From: Lama guanicoe | Lineage: Eukaryota | Length of the DNA stretch: 64,000 bases | Assembly (NCBI GenBank): GCA_013239625.1 | Contig: MU053645.1 | Coordinates: 1,108,274 to 1,172,273, forward strand | Direction of reading: 5' to 3' | Shown: piece after piece, positions 60,706 through 64,000 of the stretch | Position numbering within the stretch: position 1 is the stretch's first letter | How the letters are laid out: every line of letters starts with the position of its first letter | Made by a program: the position numbers and the translations under genes | The notes under the pieces: model-generated | Seen by the model: the letters and a program-made list of their open reading frames with translations, nothing else | Databases searched by the model: none | Told to the model about the DNA's origin: nothing

Positions 60706-63700
60706 ATATCCAGAAACTTCGCTGAATTATTTTTAGTTCTAAAAGTTTACCTGAAGATTATTTAAAATTTTCTATGAAGCCAATTTGATTATAAAGACAA
60801 TCAGTTTTGGTTTCTTTTTATTTTCCACCACTTGTAACTTTTATTTTTTTACTTATTGCCTGTTGCATAGAGGTAATAGTAGTTGACAAAAGTATTTTGT
60901 TCCATATATTCCTTGGTCAATAATGTGTACCCAATTTTAAAAGTCCTATTGTATTCCTAACTTGCTAGGAGTTTTTAAATCATAAAATAATACTGAATTA
61001 CACTAATTTTTTTAATCCATTGAAATGGCTTTATTACTTTTCTTCTTTAAGGTGATCAAAGACATTAATACATTTTTTTGAAGTTAAAATCTTCTTTAAT
61101 AATTCTTGTATAAATCCAAATTGGCATGAGTTCATATTTCATTAATCAAATCCATTAATGGATTTAATTTGCTGATAAGATATTTATGAGTTTTTTGCTT
61201 CCATGTACTTAAGTGAGGTAATCCTTTAATTTATCTTTTTCAAAGTATATCTATCTAATTTAGGTGACAAGGTTATATTATTCTCTAAAAGTTGGCTGAG
61301 GAGAGGTTTCTTTTTCTATTTTCTAAGAATTTGTATATAATAGGGATTATCTATTCCTTGAAAATATGGTAAAGTGACATGAAATCATCTAGACCTGGGG
61401 ATAATTTTTGTACCAGATTTTCTGACTATTGATGGAATTTAATGGTTAGATTTATTCAAGTCATTTAATCCTCCTGAGATAGTTTTCGTAAGTTTTATTT
61501 TTTCATGAAGTATCCATTTGTGTAATTCTCAGATTTATTTACAAAGTTATTCAAGGTATTGTTAGTGTGCTTTTAAACTCAACTGTATCTATGATAGTGT
61601 CTCCTTTTTTTTATTACTATTATCAATCATTTATCAACTTTCTTTGTAAAATCAGTATTACAGTGTTTCCCTATTTTGTTAGTCTTGCCTATTAAACTTT
61701 TTTAAAGACCAGATTTTTACTTTGTTGATCCTATTGGGTTTTTTTGTTTTCTACTGTATTAATTTGTGATTTTATTTTCCTCCTTTTTGCAGGGAGGGGT
61801 CAACTCTATTGTTTGTTTTGTAACTTCTTAAAGCAGACACAGTTCATTAATGCTAGTATCTCTTCTCTTATTACACATTCATCTGAAGCTGAAAGTTCCT
61901 AAATGTGGCTTGAGGAGCATCTCATAAGTTTTGGTATGTAGTGTCATCACTGTTCAACTCTCAATAATTTATAATTTACCATATGATTTTTTCTTAAGCA
62001 ATGGATTAAAGAGCTTTTTTTTTAATTTCAAAATATATAAGTTTTTTTGCCATTTAAAACTGATGTATATCTTTATTATAGTATGGTCAGAGAGTGATTT
62101 TTATATAGAGTTTTGGGTATTTTTTGAGGTTTCATTGTTATCTTATATACAGTCAATTTTTAGAAATATTTTATGTGTAATTGAAAAAACATTATATCTA
62201 TTATTGTACCTAGAGTTCTAGCTATGTTCATTAGATCAAGTTTTTCTATAATTTTACTAATCTTTTTCTTTCTTGTTCTAGTAATCACTAAGCAAGGTAT
62301 GTTAAAATCTTCAAAATAAGAATGTGTCAATGTTTCATTGTATTTCTGCCAAATCTTGCTATATATATTTAAGGTTAGGTTGTTTAAAAAATATATCTTC
62401 CTAGTGAGTTTTGCTCTTTATCATTAAAAGATGAACTTCCTCATCACTAAAAATGCCTTTGCCTTAATTGTTTATTCTTGTATCTCCACCACAGTGCCAG
62501 CATTCTTTAGTTACTCTGTGCCTCACACCTTTCATTTCTATCCATTTGTTTTCAGCTCTTCTGTGTTATGCTCCACATTTAATCCCTTGTTTTTAGAATA
62601 TAGCTAATTAAAAATTTTCATTATGAGCTTCTATGCCCTTAACAGGTGAGTTTGGGTCCTTTACATTAGTTGTGTTTAATTATATACTTCACTTTATTTC
62701 TACCATTTTATTTTATTTACCATGCTTTTTCTGTTTCTCCCCCCACTTTCCTTCTTTATATTGAATTTATTAAGTATTTACAATTCCCTTTTGTCAACCT
62801 GTACTGGTTTGGCTATAAACATTCTATTTAAATTATTTTGTTGATTATCTTCAAATATTTAACATGCATACTGACTTAAAGTCTAAATTTGATCTATATT
62901 TCTATTCGTCCTCCCAGATTATCATACAAGAGACTTAGAAAAACGCAACTGTAATACACTTGCCTGTTACTATGACATATTTATCTATTATTGTTATCAA
63001 GTGTTTAAATCATTCTATAATTTATATTAGATTTCTAGGGCTGCAATAACAAAGTACCATAAACTGAGTGGCTTAAACAACAGAAATTTGCCTCACAATT
63101 CTGGCTGGGCAGTGGTGGCTCGGAAGACACCAGGGAAGGATTTGTGTCCAGGCCTTACTCCTAACTTCTGGTATTTTCTTGGCTATGGCAGCATAACTCC
63201 ATTTTTCACATGGTGAAGTATGTGTGTGCGTGTCTGCATTCAAATTCCCCCTTTTTATAAGGATGCCACTCATATTGTATTAGGGACTCATCCTACTCCA
63301 GTATGACCTCAAGTTAACTAGTCACCTGCAACAAACCTATTTCTAAATATAAGGTCAAACTGCGAGGTACTGGGGCTTATGATTTCAACATATGAAACTG
63401 GAAGGAGGATATAATTCAACCCATATCATGCTTACAATCTGTCATTTAATCATTAATGTTATTGTTGTTTTATATAATCAGTACTTGTTTGGATTTAACC
63501 TGTATTTACCAATTCCACTGTTCACTATTGCTCCATGTATCTCATTCTTTTTGGATTCTGTTTTCTTTTGCCTGGCATACATTTCTTTTAGTTCTTTCAC
63601 TAAGTATCTAAGAGTAGTAAAGTCTTCAGCTAAGCTTGCATTTATTTTGCCCATACTCTGAATATTTACAAGGTATAGAAATTCTAGATAAATAGTTATT

Positions 63701-64000
63701 TTCCTTAGCACTGTGAAGATATTCCACTTTTGGCCTCATTTATTTTTGTTGTGAAGCCTGTAGTTGGTGTGTTTGCTGCTTCTTTATAGATAATTTGTCT
63801 TTTGGTGGATTTTTAACATTTTAAAATTTTTCTGTGGGGTTCTCCAATTTCATTATGAGATTACTACATGTAGATTTCATTTTTACTTACACTGCTTGAT
63901 GCTTCCTGAGTTTCTTAAATCTGTATCATATCTTTCATCAGTCTTGAAAAATTATCAGCCATTATCTCTTTAAATATAGCTTCTCCTCCACATTCTCTAA
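60706..64000 (-). mobile_element. Ancient degraded L1M (L1M5/L1ME-like) body, interrupted by an MLT1 LTR
   Basis: T-rich sequence with antisense L1 motifs: ctaacttgctaggagttttt, gaaatcatctagacctgg, gtatgttaaaatct, aggtatagaaattctag, aaaattatcagccattatctctt. Confidence 0.75.
63023..63428 (-). mobile_element. MaLR LTR (MLT1B-like)
   Basis: ctagggctgcaataacaaagtaccataaactgagtggcttaaacaacagaaattt...ttataaggatgccactcatattg...gaggtactggggc...aattcaaccca. Confidence 0.88.

Noticed and set aside
1..64000. Known miRNA or snRNA genes, CRISPR arrays, prokaryotic systems
   Set aside because: The sequence is mammalian and has no spacer-repeat arrays. I saw no match to the small RNAs I checked from memory (miR-199/214, miR-181, U6). 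An Rfam/miRBase search is needed to exclude others.

Overview
This is mammalian, most likely camelid (alpaca/camel), non-coding genomic DNA. The lineage call rests on a tRNA-Ala(AGC)-derived Vic-1-type SINE and artiodactyl-type L1 3' ends. The window is AT-rich and CpG-poor, with one 24-N gap. Much of it is interspersed repeats: many MIR and L2 relics, L1 fragments of several ages, MaLR (MLT1) LTRs, one fairly intact ERV1-type solo LTR, hAT DNA transposons (MER103C, MER5A, MER20-like, MER94) and microsatellites. I recognise no host protein-coding exon, and the only protein-like ORFs are decayed L1 ORF2 and L2 RT remnants. It reads as a long intron or gene desert containing several repeat-poor, motif-dense blocks that look like conserved non-coding enhancers. 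I found no new biological system. The best-supported curiosities are a twin-primed (5'-inverted) L1 with TSDs, a four-element nested transposon stack, a ~30-bp micro-inversion inside an L1, and candidate enhancers and non-coding exons. Repeat family names come from recalled consensus sequences, boundaries are approximate, and both need RepeatMasker/Dfam confirmation.
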